A stretch of 64,000 nucleotides of DNA from a virus. The stretch is from the IMG/VR virus record IMGVR_UViG_3300042397_000787, one strand, 5' to 3'. Shown in pieces: positions 63,971 to 64,000 of the stretch. The notes beneath the pieces are model-generated. The model did not search any database. It was not told where the DNA came from and was given only the letters and a program-made list of their open reading frames with translations. Numbering within the stretch: the first letter of the stretch is position 1; every line of letters starts with the position of its first letter. The translations under genes were made by a program, and so were the position numbers.

Positions 63971-64000
63971 AAGGGGAATGCCCGTATCTACAGAACCGAA

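Noticed and set aside
1-64000. Stop-codon reassignment, introns/inteins, reverse transcriptase or DGR
   Set aside because: Core genes are full-length in the standard code. No suppressor tRNA, intein, intron or RT motifs were recognised.

Overview
A 64 kb segment of a large T4-like (myovirus) phage genome, almost all on the minus strand. The T4-type core genes are gp54, gp26, gp51, a probable tape-measure/hub gene, gp32, gp59, gp33, DNA ligase, dCMP deaminase, PhoH and a DenV-like glycosylase, with TATAAATA late promoters. The host is inferred to be an alphaproteobacterium, from a two-piece permuted tmRNA and GANTC-containing sigma70-type promoters. A tRNA-His with G-1:C73 points to Sphingomonadales or Rhodospirillales. 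Notable accessory content: (1) a circularly permuted tmRNA whose intervening segment carries an unannotated Bfd-like Cys4 ORF; (2) a ~13 kb operon of eight radical SAM genes with a carbamoyltransferase, SGNH-like proteins and a 35-aa peptide, near an IscA-like Fe-S carrier; (3) a late-promoter operon csgF-csgG-curlin-FecR-curlin-like-CHASE2 adenylate cyclase; (4) a glycosyltransferase/epimerase/sulfotransferase cluster containing a ~1.24 kb stretch with no TGA/TGT on the + strand; (5) about 15 copies of an early-promoter cassette carrying positionally fixed GANTC sites; (6) a candidate -1 frameshift joining gp26 and gp51; (7) 11 tRNA genes. All calls are from motif recognition by eye; no database searches were run.
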